A stretch of 64,000 nt of DNA, taken from the NCBI RefSeq assembly GCF_009914755.1, contig NC_060932.1; one strand, written 5' to 3'. Of the stretch, positions 14,117-27,746 are shown one piece after another (within the stretch, counting starts at the first letter, position 1; each line of letters begins with the position of its first letter). The notes beneath the pieces were generated by a model that saw nothing but the letters and a program-made list of their open reading frames with translations, was not told the DNA's origin and made no database searches. The DNA comes from the human T2T-CHM13v2.0 reference genome, Homo sapiens. The translations under genes and the position numbers were made by a program.

Positions 14117-15829
14117 ATATTAGCAAGATGAAGGTAAGAAGGGAGGGGTGAAAGATAGACCAGCACTAGGAGAAAATAATTGTTACATGATCCAGTATAT
14201 TAGAAAGATATGCATAAAATTAAACATATGTGGTGTCAAAGGGTTCATTTACTAAGATTTTCTTTAACTTTTTTTCCTACACAAATATGATTAACTCAGA
14301 GTTTCCTTGAATACAAATTCTTGTGCACCAATGCTTAAATTTATGGCATAATTAACACTATAACTTGTTATAAATTTCTGGGTCCCAAAAAATTGTCAAT
14401 ATTGCCAACAATGTATTTATTTTTATACATTGTTAAATCCAAATTAGCAGTCTGTGTATTTTTTTCAGAGAAAAAATATAACAAGCATCACTAATCCAAA
14501 AAACAAAAATTCAGAGCAACTTTCTTATAGGCTGAGGAATTGTGGTTTATAAACTCGAATAAATATATATGGATTACCATGCTAATTGGGGAGAAAATTT
14601 TTGAAAAGTGTATAATAATCAATTCACTTACCAAATTTTATGTAACAAATCATTTTTTTTAAATAAACATTTTAACAGTTACCTTAGGCGGGTCATGAAT
14701 AATTTTTGTAATCAGCAAATATAAACGTAAATCTGAAAACTAATTTTTACTTGAGGATGGACAACATTCTAGTTATAAGAAAAGCCCTTAGAATTTGAAT
14801 GGAAGGCAAAACGAGTGAGATTTAAGGAAGGTGAGAAAAAAGCAAAATGAGCAATCAGCAGACTACTATAATTACTAAGCCTTCGAAATTGATGATAGAG
14901 TTATACAGTTGTTAGTATTATGGTACCCTACAGATTTCATTTTCTTGGGTATAGCCCAGCAGGCATATTCAGTGACTCCCCCTCTACCACTCAGCTCACC
15001 CCCTGAGGGGAAATGCCACGTGCATTCAAATCAAACGTTTTCCTATCAAGTTCTCAACTAATGGCTTTCCTAGGAGACGCAAGCCTGTCAGTCACCTACT
15101 ACCTATTTAGACATGTTAAAACAGAATTGGTTGTTTATTTGTATTTCATTGAAGTGAGTCTGTTTTCTCATATTGAATCTGTATCCAAACCCCAGGTTGT
15201 CAATACTGCTTAGCTAGGGCTTCTGTTTGTTTTGTTTTTCTCTGCATGTAATCCAGAAAAAAAATGGTGCTGTTCATGCCAATTTCAACCCTTCTATAAA
15301 TGTATAGGGAGTGTATTAACTAATTGTTTAAAATCACTAGTGCTAATGTCAGGAGCTAAAAATCACACTTTTTCTATTGAAAACTGTTTTTGTCAAATTC
15401 ACAATTTTACATACTAGAGTCACAGTTCCACTTAAGTTCCTATATGGAAAAAATAAAAGAAGGAAAAAAAAGATATCCATCGTTGATACCAAAAACTAGG
15501 AGCATCATTTTAATTTAATTATTTTCTGTGTTACTTAAAGCATATCTGTTTTCCTTAGAGAAAAATCTGGTAATGTAAAAACACATACTTGACGAGCTTG
15601 TGATTTTTTGGTAGAAATATATATATGTGTGTGTGTGTGTATGCACATGTACATATAGATGGGTAGATAGATATTCCTGTGCTTACAATCTCTAAGTTAG
15701 TTTAAGTCTTGTGTTTAAGTGTAAGTATTAAGCATTCCATAAAAACAAGAACTGTTATGTTTGATATGCACTTCAAAAGCCTAAAATGCCAGAGAAAGCC
15801 CTTCCTTAATTATTGAAGAAGTGTCTGTA

Positions 15830-17150
15830 AAGGAAACATGAGCAAATAGCATTTATGCTTTCATCCCCAGTAACCTTTTATTGTCCTTTTCTTCAGATGG
15901 CCAAGTCAGTATATTTAATAAAGGCAGCAGCAACCATCAAAGAAGGCAGGGCTCTAATAAATGGTCCTGATTAAAGGCCCTGACAGGGTATGAACTTTGC
16001 ATAAATTTTCTTATGGTGTCAGGCTAGGATACTGATTGAAAACTTATTAACATAATCACACATTTAGAGGAAATGCTGTAATGTATCAACAACATTTCCC
16101 TTAGTCTAATAATTTTAAGAATATTAAAATGCAAATGATAATAAGGAGCTGTGTTTAGTGATGTTCTGAAAGCCTGATTATTCAAATATTTAGTATGAAG
16201 TATGGAGCTGCGTTCAGTAATACATCTACATGAATTCAAAAATTTAATCTATATATGGACTCAAAAGTTGTCTTTGGTCTTACCAACTATTTTCCCAGCT
16301 CAAAGGCACATAAATTTAATACGAACATTTGGCTTAAGTATTACAAAACATTTTTTTAAAAAATTTAAATGTAACTACATTAAAAAAATGAATGCAAGCT
16401 GCCAGCATCATTTTTCTCCAATTAGGAAAAAAAATATTGAAAAGTAGTTAGCATTTTTAATTCAGTATGATTGTGCTTTGAAAATATGTTGAAGTATTTT
16501 TAGTGTCTTTTTGCCTGCTTTTATTAAAACGTGTATAAAGCAGCAGAGAATGTGGCAGGTCACAGCACTGCTATGCCTTAATGCTAATTCTTAACAATAA
16601 AAGAAACACTGCCCTCCCCCCACACAAATAGCCATAATTATGTAAAGAATGACTGCTTCAGACTGATGACTTTCAATATGCTCAAGTCTAGCCTACTGGT
16701 ATAAGAGGCCAGAAAGGTCAACAGTAATTCATAACTGCTATAAAATTGTGTAGCATCCCAGGGCTTCTGCAGGATGCTGACATTATCATGAGTCTTCTGC
16801 TGGTTTGTATATGTAAATTTGTGATAGGAAGTGCACTGCTTTTACCGTATCACATGCAGAGCATCAATCAAGCAGTGGAATACATCAGAGTATTTTCATT
16901 ACGCCTAGTTATTTACTGCATCAGAAGAAATTACCCTGGCAAGCCAAGCGGCCTTCTCTGGGTAGCATGATACGACCAACCAGGCTTCAGCTCAGGAGTC
17001 TTGTAAACATTACAGGATTAATCTCACAATCACAATCATCAATCTTTCCTAGTCCTGCCTGGGTGCAACTGTGGAGATTGGTAACCAGGCCATGTGGATT
17101 TAAATTTAACCCTGAGCATCAAAAACTAGATTGTCAGACCTAAGATGCAT
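15830..17150. promoter_or_regulatory. candidate enhancer / conserved non-coding element
   Basis: No recognisable TE; motifs for TCF/LEF (15935-15942), octamer (16129-16136), SOX (16593-16598), PBX-HOX (16863-16870), FOX (17002-17009) and paired-class homeodomain (17015-17024). Function is inferred only. Confidence 0.35.
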
Positions 17151-17881
17151 ACTGCAAAACACCTGTTTTTTTCCATTTTGGTTGAAGACAATAAATAGAA
17201 ATGTAAACTGAAGTACTTTAAAATTATATTTAATTTGTCACTTTCATTTCAGTACATGCTTGGGAAATTAGAATTTTTTTAAGCCACTGTTTTTCAACAC
17301 CAGCTATAAGTGAGAAATGAGAGACCACTTTCTATTCATATAGACAAATTTCCCGTATGACAAAGTAGATACCACAGGCAGCTCTGCAGAGCTGTGAGAT
17401 GGGGACTTCTCCGCCTGAGGTTTGGGGACCTGATCAAGCTCCTCTGGCATTAGGCCAGAGAAGGTTAAAGCTCTGGGGAGTAATAGAGTCAGCCCCTAAC
17501 CAAGAGAGCGTTCAATGTGTCTTGCTGACTCATAAAATGACACTGGCATTGATTGCTGAAACAACTGCTTGCTTACCCTCTTGCCAAAGGAAAGGAAAAA
17601 AAAAAAACTGTCTCCCATTTCTTTCCCTCCCAACAGAAAGGAGGGGGAAAGGGATGGGTGAGACAGACGGGCTAAATGAACATTCTATCATTTTAAGTTT
17701 AGCAACTGCACGGAACATAGCCTATTATATTTAGATAATGCAAAAGATAATGTGCATTCATTTTTGAAAGTCAGGTGAAAACCATGATGATAATGATCAT
17801 TTTTCCATAGTCAAGAAACAATAAACATATAATGAGCAGGTCATGTATAGACTGCCTGGCAGTTTAATTTGAACTGTGACC

Positions 17882-17883
<2 letters not shown>

Positions 17884-17913
<30 letters not shown>
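17884..17913 (+). repeat. (TTA)10 microsatellite
   Basis: Perfect trinucleotide run. Confidence 0.95.
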
Positions 17914-17915
<2 letters not shown>

Positions 17916-19074
17916 TTGTCCAAAGCACTTTTTCCTGAACACAGAGCACAGAGTCAATTTTTTCTTTCTTTCTCTCTCAATATCTTGCAGGCTCCCATCT
18001 TTGAATAAAAAATGTAGTAACCATAAAGATATGCCTTTCCCTTACTTTCAATAAGATTTTCAAATCTAGAAGCTTATATCCATCCCATATATAAAAAGTA
18101 GATATTTAGTCTATATGATTTAATCCCCAGTTGATTTAATCAGCCCTATAAGTACTTGTCTTCTAGGATTGTATGACTACAGTAAAAAATATTTTGTGTC
18201 ATGTATTGAGAATGCCATAAGAGCTATTCATCCCCACTCAAGTGATTATTTTTATATGGCTTTCTTGATCATATAAAGGTTAGCCTTAAAAAATAGTGAA
18301 AACAATAATAAATAAGATTTCTCAAACAAATCATACGACAAAAGAAGAGAAATTCACCTTCAAGTGATTGCAATGACTGAAATCTTAAGGCGCTTGCTTC
18401 TCTTTTCCTTTCTTGTGTGGTTTTGTTTTATTTTTTGGTTTTGTTGCTGTTGATAATAGTAAGGCTTTTTGTTGTTAACATTTTTTTTGTATGCTGTCTT
18501 CCAGGCTAGCTTTAAAGTAGCTAATATTTAGATGCTATGTTTTTGCTCACAGAATTTTAGCTTCCCAAATCCTCCTTAAGGATTTGGGTTCTTTATGTGA
18601 GCTTCCAGGTGCAAGCGCATCGTGAATCTGTCACTTCCCAAGAAATGGGAAATAACATGCATTTTTCTGACTCTTGCCTTTATATAACCAAAATAGAAAT
18701 TCTGCTGTGTTGTTATTTAAGGGCACAGTGTGTTATATGAAACTAGTTATGCTTGTAAAAGTACTATAACGTATGATCAATTGACATTGTTCAAAGCAGG
18801 AAGGCTGGAAATACAGTTTGTGTATGTGGATCACTATGGCATCAGTTTGAACAACTTCTGGCACCACTTTTTTTGTGTGTTGTTATAATATCCTGCCAGG
18901 TGTTACGCTTTGTTAAAGCTTTGAAACAACAAATAACTACTAGAGATTCGTGGTGAAGATGCTAAAGCAGCAAAATTTTGGTGCAGTCGTCATCGGAATG
19001 GTAGACAGAGAAGAATCCAATCCCCTGAGAGAGGAAGGCAGAACAATGGCACATTCCCCACCATGAGCAGCACG

Positions 19075-19625
19075 CAGGAAAAACCTTGGATTTCAGAGTC
19101 AAGAAACATGGGTTTGATTCTCATCTCCACTACTTTCTGGGCACATAACTTCAAACAAATCATTTTACTGTATTACTGTCAGTTCTAACATTTTACTTTT
19201 CACTCATTTCCTCAACAAACATCAACTAGACTCCTAGGCATTGTACCAGGTACAAAATAGTGAACTAAGTTAAAAATACTTGGTCTTGGTCTTTAAATAA
19301 TTAAAGCAGCTGGTGTGTGTGCCAGGAACTTTGTGAGTGCTTTATACATCTTTTCATGTTTAATCCATCCATGATCCCAACCCTGGAAAAAAATTATCCT
19401 GAGTTTATATGGGATGATATCAAATATTCAAGAGGTTCAATAAGCTAGTGGGAGAGGCAAGATCTGAACACAGGTCCATCTGATATTAAAAACAGTGCTC
19501 ATAATTTTGTAGGGCATGTCAAAGAACTTTACCATTTTACAAAATTTTAGTGAGAATCAAATGAGAAAGGTACATGACAGAACGTTATAAACCGTAATGT
19601 ACCATACAAATGTCTGTTGTCATTA
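19075..19625. mobile_element. cluster of MIR(+), L2(-) and MIR(-) fragments
   Basis: cagagtcaagaaacatgggtttgattctc (MIR+); cattgtaccaggtacaaaatagtgaac (L2-); gtgccaggaactttgtgagtgctttatac (MIR-). Confidence 0.55.
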
Positions 19626-21336
19626 CTCTTAACATGAACATAACAGAGAATTTTCCTCACATCACTTCCAGCCTTAATTATCCCCACTTGAAGATCTTGG
19701 ACCATCCCACACAAATGATAACCACAGACAAAAAAATATTATCTATATAAACAAAATACTATCAGGGATTCCCTATCAGCATTTCTAAGCTAGTTATATG
19801 CATGGCCCCTTAGTGAATATTAAACAAATAGAAACCCAAGTAAGACATTTTTCTACATATGAAAATCTCTGAAAAGCACAAGTCTAGTGTTTACATTAGC
19901 CCTGGAACATCTTTAGTAATTCCTTAGGCACTTTAGGGTTATCTATCAATTAAGTGAGAATGGTGACATTAATGTAGCACCTGCAGATCTTATAAATGTA
20001 AAGTGTTTTACATTCAACCAGAATATTTAATGTTGATGCCATTTAACACAAAATTTTCCTCTTTTAAATAATTTTTATTTTTTTTATCACAGACCAGGGC
20101 TATATAGCCAAAACATATAAGATTAATGAAACCAACTAAAAACAAAGAAACCTTCCATGTCTTATCTTTGCATAGTTTACACTATCCCTACTACTGAATA
20201 TTTGTGTATCTTTATAAAACAAGGTGATTTTACGAACAAACCAGTAGAGCTGGATTTTAAAAATGAATGACCTTCTTTGTTAATACAACCACACGTTTAT
20301 AGTTCATTTTTAATTAAGTTTTGTCAAATTTTGGTGCCCTATTTTTCAATTTCTGATGTCCAATGAGTAAAAGTATTTACCTCAAGTTCTTTATATGAGA
20401 AACAACACGAAATGAAGGAATGCTTTATTTAGATATTAACAAGACAACTAGTTAAAAGGAACAAAAAAAAAAAAGCACATGATGGTTTTGTCCTTGTTAT
20501 TTTACATCTGAAGCCACAAAAAATAATTTGATTTATTTGGGTTTTAGTTAAGCTAGTGCCTATAGATTTAAGGATGAATGATAGGTAAGAAATTTCTTTC
20601 TTATCATATCCCTTTTCAAAGTTAAATGAAAATAATATCACTTTATTTAAAGAAAATAAATATTACCTGTTGAAAATTGAGGAATCTAACAGTTGCTAAA
20701 AGCATACAGAGATATTCCAGGCATTAAAAAAGTTATAATTATCTTTGCCTTCAAAAAAGTATGTTTTTTTTTTAAATATTAGGATGCATTATTCTAATTA
20801 ATACTGAAACTTCTATGCCTTCCAAATATTTCCAAATAACCAAAATCTTGCCATACAAGGTTAATAGTTACGACTGGTATGATTTTCAAGTAAGTTCTAA
20901 ATGAATTTTTCATCATGTAAAAAAGCATGTCAGTAACGATAAAATCTGTTTCAACTGATATTATAACAAATTGTATGGAAATATTAATTGAAATTTTAAC
21001 TAAAATTTTAACTCAGCCAGCGTAAATATGTGCTATTGGTCTTTAGGTATGTAATATTTGGTTGATGATATATGTTCATTAGAGTTTATTCTATGGTACA
21101 AACTGAAAATTTCTTCACTGAAAGATACCTATAAATATCTTCCTTGAATCTTGTTCACCTTTAATATCTTCTATTTTCTAGAAGCAGTTATGAGAAAATG
21201 AGCCTAGATTTTTCTCTATATTAAAGCACTAGATATTTGTAAACACGTATGTATATAAACACCTACCATTTGTAATAAAGAACACAAATTTTGGATTTTC
21301 TTATAGAAAATATGACATAAAATAAGAATAAAATAA

Positions 21337-21684
<348 letters not shown>

Positions 21685-24600
21685 TGAAAGATTTTCTATT
21701 GTATGCTACTGTTCTCACTTTCAAACACACCACCACCAGTGTAGACATATTAGAAGTGAAGTAATGACAACTTTTCAAAGATTACATTATTCTGATTTTG
21801 TGACGAACACTGCAGACTTACTTTTTCTAACAAACTTGCCTGGACATCATTCATAAGTTTATCAAGGACAAATTGGATCGTGATTTGACCTGATATTAAG
21901 TATTAACATTTATAAGTGAGTATATAAGAACTGATCAATTCATTTGGAGACATGAGAATTTCTATCAACGTAGAGCTTTTTTTGTTTAGTGAACACAAAA
22001 AAGGCAATAACATCCTATATGAATGAAATAATCCATCCTCTAATAAAGTGACAGCCAAGTGATAATGGTGAAGTACAAGCATTTAGAACTTATTTATAAT
22101 CACATACAACCATATATGTGTCAATGTATTAAAGTAACCAGAGTAGTCAGTTATCTTAAAGACAAACGAAATCATGAAATAAATTTTCAACAGCTTTGTG
22201 GTTTGTGTAGGTTGTTGTTACATAGCAAAGGGTATTTGTTTGTCATATTTACTTTCAGTATACTACCAAAATTAAAAGTACACATACATAGATACACACA
22301 CACACAAACACAATTCTCTAATATTAAAAAAATAGCTACTACATATGCATATATTTGTTTAACATTGTATCTTAAAGAAAACTGAAATATTAAGCATGGC
22401 AAAACATATCAGGTGAAATCTATGAAAATTTACAGATTACCTAAAATGCTAGGAGTTAATTATAGGCTTCTATCCCTGGCATGTCAGCTTGATTAAATTT
22501 GGAGTTCGGAGATGAATTGGCCCAAATTCATTAGTGTTCCCTGGGTGCAGATGTTGGTCAAGGTCAAGCGAAGCACATTGACTGTAATGCTAGAGAGGAA
22601 GGGGGAAGGGATTCCAAAGAAGGTAGATTCTTAAAAGGTCTGGGGTTGCAGCAAGTAACTTTGATACTTTTTAACTTAATAAATCTTGACAGCCTAATCA
22701 TGGCTAAGCCTTTGCAGTGTTATTGGTACAGATGGCAAAGCTAGACATATTTAAAGAGATCTCAGAAGCTAGTAGCAAGAGAGCACTGAATCCAAATGTA
22801 GTGTTGGGCTCTAGGAGAAAGTGAAAGAAAGGAGGATAAAAAGCTACACGGCATTTCCATCTCCTGACATCTCCAGCAGCCTCAGATACAAAATATGATA
22901 AGGCTCCTGCTGAGCTAATAAGCCCAACAAATGTCTGTGTCCGTGAAGTAGATGAAGTGGGATCAAGCAGAGGGGGCTGCTGTATGAAAATAAGCCAGCG
23001 ACCAGGGTATAATGGCACTAGAAAAAGCTACAAGGTCAGGCTGATGACAGAGACACCAGTTAAGTAGAGACCCCATCAGTAAGAAAGGTTTGCCTGCTGG
23101 ATCCAAGACATAACCATTAAAATAAAATGAACTCTCCATTTAAAGAAAGGAAGAAAAGAAGAAAACAAAAACTCTCTTTAAGGATTTTATTTTTATTTGT
23201 TTCTCTTATATGGCAGCTACATCCTTTTGCTTATTTACGTACACCCTGCCCAGGATAGAAACTAGAGTATTGAGTTGAGGGGTAGAGAATTAAAAACAGA
23301 CATGCATTGCAAAATGCCATTAGATGAGTTGTTTCTGTGCTGTGATTTTAGTGGGTTCACAACCTATGCTAAGCATTATTTGTTTAATCAAATATTGCAT
23401 TGAGATGAACAGAGTAATGAACGATTCCTTATGATCCACAAGGTTTCCCAGAGAGAAAGATTCCTAGGTGAAATATACCTTAACTCCAAAACTTCTCCCT
23501 TTCTCTGTTTCCTTTTAACCAGAGAATCTATTAATTCATTTTTGGTGTAAGGTAATATATTTTTCAGTAAAATATAGAATTGATTGAAGTTGAAATTGTA
23601 TGATTCAGAACAGCAGAACTGACAGAGGTGCCATAAAAGTTAGCTTATGTGCTTGGCTCTTGACAGCATATACACCTAGGATGATGAGCCTGTTGGTTTT
23701 TCACAGACTATCCTGTTTAAGCACTGAAAATCCCCATGCCCTGCAAAACCTCTCAGTGGTCACTGTACTCCCATGGCTGAACCAGCATTTCAGAGGTAAA
23801 CTACACCAACTTGTGTGGTGAATCTGACTGCGTCTAGGAGAAAAAGTGTGTCGTAAGGGAGAGTGATGGGTCAGTAGACAGACAAGCCAGATGACTTAGG
23901 ACAAGAAACACTCATAGGAGACTAAATCATCCAGGTTGGTTGTAGCATTGATCAAATTAGCTTTATTATTCCCAACTCTTTCCATTGTATCTTGAAACCA
24001 TTACCTTTTATTTACACACATTTACACACACACACACACAAATGAAGCATATAATAATTAAAATGATATCTGTGAACTGTAAGTATTTTTTGTTTTTCCT
24101 AATGGTTTAAATGATCCACCTTGACCTTAAAACCAACCATGGAAAGGCCTCTTAAGGGCTAATTCATTCTGCAGCCCATTGTCCAGGCCAACAAAAACAA
24201 TCACAGATTAGAAGACAATGACAATGCTTTTCTTCATATGTATGGCAACAAAATCCAGCATATTGGAAATAATACTTAAGAATTAATATTACAAATCTTT
24301 TTTTACAGCTTGAGAAATGGTTTTGCACAATCTTTGCTTTTTTATTTGAGTAATAATTAGACCATGCTTGAAATTTCAAGAGTCTGTCACATTAATACAT
24401 TAATTCTTAAGAGATCATGTCAACTTCATAATATCTGTGAAGCTTTGTTAAAAAGGTGAAAAACGTTTAAACACCATGTGAGGTGGTTCATTAAACATTT
24501 AAGAAAGCTTTGCAATTCTGACAGCATTACCATGGAAGATCAGATTGGGTACACTTCTAATACTTTTTTAAACCCATCTTTAGTTTTCATTTCATACAAA

Positions 24601-25869
24601 TGCAAATGAAATACTGGTAAACAGCTTAGAATCAAATTTGGGGATATAGTCCTGAAATATCACACCATTGGATTTAGAAATATAAACTTTTTGACTTTAA
24701 GATAATTATGATAAAGATGAACAGATGATGGATTGCCAATAGTTGCTTTTTACAGTTGTGGAGATTTTTTTTTTTCTCAAGCTATAATTAAAATCTCTTA
24801 AACATCTTCCCAGTATTGGGTGGGGGGAAGGGGGAATCAAAAGAAAGCAATTATTGTTTCCACTTTTTTCAGTTTAGTTATTTCTTTTTTTTTTTAAAAA
24901 AAAAGGCATCAATAAAACTCATCTCTGATTTCCAATAACATACAAAACATGTTTAAGGAAGTATTAATTTTCAAAAATAATGGTTGCCATAAGTTTCCAA
25001 ATCCAATTGTTCTCATTGAAGCTTACTTCAGGATTGCTGGAGAAGAGCTTCCTAGATTACTCTAACGTTGACTGAAAGGTCTGTCCGTTTTCTTCTGGCT
25101 ATGCATATGAGATCATCCCTACAGGTTATGCATGAAAGTGAGACATGCCCACAAGAGGAAACATAGAATCTTTAACCTTCTTCCTGACATTATTATGCCT
25201 TTCCTCTAATTTATTCTGTGCAAAACAGCATTTGTTTTAGGAAAATGAAAGAAGTAGTAACTTTTACCTGGAAAAAAGGGCAGATCAGTGCCGACATTGC
25301 CACAAGTAGTACTAAGAAAGATAAAGAAAGACTTTAATAATTCAAGTGTTTAATAAGTAGAAAGCACCATGCAGATAGTACTATTAGCTTAGTTCAAAGA
25401 GATGCTATGGGTAAAGGTGATAAGCAAAAGCAATAACATTAAGACTTTTGTTTGGTACACAGATCAGAGACAATATGTAGCATTTAGAGTGTATTGAAAG
25501 TACACAGACTTTTCTGATATAATTTCCAGTCAGAAATTTGTATTCCTTATAGCTGGTATTGTTTGCATGTTTTCTTGTTTAAAGAAGTATTTTATGGATG
25601 ACAATTATCAGTATTGTTAGTTTGAGTATTGTAGATAAATATGGAATGAAACATTAAGTTTATATTCATTTCAGGACAATATTATAATTAAGCTGTGTAT
25701 GGCTCATTATTAGTTTTGTTGAGTGTATTAAGTTGAAATCTATACTCTTGGAAACTTACATTTATCTCCTAGTATATTTTTATTACCAAAGACACAGGAA
25801 ATATATAATTAAATTTAGCTTGCAGAACATGCAAGAAATCTGGAAAGAGTGTATACATATAATGGAGAT

Positions 25870-26030
25870 GCTCAGGAGCTTATAATCTGAAATCAAGAAT
25901 GGGGTCAAATTCTAGCTCTGAAACATTGTTTGAGCAAATTTAAATTCACTAATCCCCATATTTTCTCTCTAGAAAATGAGCAGAATAATAGTACTTATTT
26001 CAGAAGGGTTGTGGAAATGTATGTTCAGCT
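25870..26030 (+). mobile_element. MIR fragment
   Basis: ggggtcaaattctagctctg...tagaaaatgagcagaataatagtacttatttcagaagggttgtg. Confidence 0.6.
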
Positions 26031-26586
26031 ATTAGACAGCAAGCTTCTTTATGGCAGGGGCCTTTCAGTTTGTAACTTTGTGAACTGAGGTTACATAAGA
26101 AGCATAATCATAAGTAAGCAGTAGGAGCTCATTGGAAGAAATAACTCACATCATTCTCTCAAAATTAAGTTTTTAAGATAGTAAATTAATCTTTTCTTCA
26201 ATTCCTCAAACTGGTTACTGTTCCCAACTCTCTCATGTTTCTCAAGGGTAGCAATAATTTCCCCTGGGTTGATTCAGCCTTTCCTTTCATTCTTATCCCT
26301 AGTTCTCCATCTTCACTTCCTCTCTTCTCTGTCTCCTCCTTGACTACTACCACCAATAAATAAATAAATATAAATGTAAATATAAAGTATACTTATTGGC
26401 CCGCTTAATTGTGAATTCTAGAGATATTTGTCTTTATGAATGGCTGGATCAAGGAAAGCAAAGATTGTCATCAAGCAAGTACTTTCTCTCTGTCTTGGAC
26501 CAGCTTTTTTCTGGGTTATCTTCATTTCTTAGGAAGGTTTCCATAGTTGTTGGCAAAATGACTAACAACTTAGGTTGGTAGAACTG

Positions 26587-26952
26587 TGTATTACTCTGTT
26601 AGTCTGTTCTTATGCTGCTAATAAAGACCTATCCAAGATTCGGTAATTTATAAAGAAAAAGAGATTTAATGGACTCACAGTTCCATATGGCTGGGGAGGC
26701 CTCGCAATCATGGCGGAAGGCAAAGGAGGAGCAAAGGCACATCTTACATGGCAGCAGGCAAGAGGGCATGTGCAGGGAAACTCCCCTTTATAAAACCATC
26801 AGATTTCATAAGACTTATTAACTATCACAAGAACAGCAAGGAAAAGACCTACCCCCATAATTCAATTACCAGGTTCCTCCCACAACATGTGAGAATTATG
26901 GGAGCTATAATTTAAGATAAAATTTAGATGGGGACACAGCCAAATCACAACA
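26587..26952 (-). mobile_element. THE1C/D-type MaLR solo LTR
   Basis: tgtatta...gctgctaataaagac...ggactcacagttcca...ggggacacagccaaa; near-TSD aactg/acctg. Confidence 0.92.
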
Positions 26953-27443
26953 ACCTGTATTCTACCAGCCTAAGTTCCCCTTTATATTGCCTCCTGGCTG
27001 ATTTCTTTAACTTCAGCCATGTTTTTTTCTTTAATTCATCTTTTGTCCTTATAAGATTTATTTCTCGTTCATATATCTGGACTCATGCATGAAGTGTTTA
27101 TAAGATGCCTATTTCTTTATTCTGTGTTGGGCAATGTCAAAATTTCTACCGAAAGAGAATAGTTTTCAAGATTCAAGACATATACCAATGAGGACACATT
27201 TTTAGAAGCACACATGGAACTTGCTTTATTGGATTTCCATTGGAGATTTTTAGTTTAACCAACAAGAAACATAAAGTTAGCTTTTATCATCAAACCTTAT
27301 AGTTGACTCATAACCCTATGACTCAGGTCTCTCACTCACCTTCACAAGATTTCATTCCAAATACTTTCAGCTGATCCCAGACATTGATTTTCTACAATCT
27401 ATCTCCAAGAGTCTTTGGTAGGATGTACTATCAAAGAAGCCAA

Positions 27444-27746
27444 TTTTTTTTTTTTTTTTTTTTTGAGACGGAGTCTCGCTCTGTCGCCCAGGCCAGACTG
27501 CAGTGGAGCGATCTTGGCTCACTGCAAGCTCTGCCTCCCGGGGTTCACGCCATTCTTCTGCCTCAGCCTCCTGAGTAGCTGGGACCACAGGCACCCGCCA
27601 CCACACCCGGCTAATTTTTTGTATTTTTAGTAGAGATGGGGTTTCACCATGTTAGCCAAGATGGTCTCGATCTCCTGACCTTGTGATCCACCCACCTCAG
27701 CCTCCCAAAGTGCTGGGATTACAGGTGTGAGCCACCGCACCCAGCC
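27444..27746 (-). mobile_element. AluY-type element
   Basis: AluY-type gcaagctc...ggttcacgccattc; TSD aaagaagccaattttt at 27433 and 27747. Confidence 0.95.

Noticed and set aside
16748-16783. Hairpin agcatcc...ggatgct as a possible pre-miRNA
   Set aside because: The stem is too short and matches no miRNA I recognise.
17955-18010. Strong acceptor at 17990 followed by AATAAA at 18004
   Set aside because: The implied terminal exon is implausibly short, and such motifs are common in AT-rich DNA.
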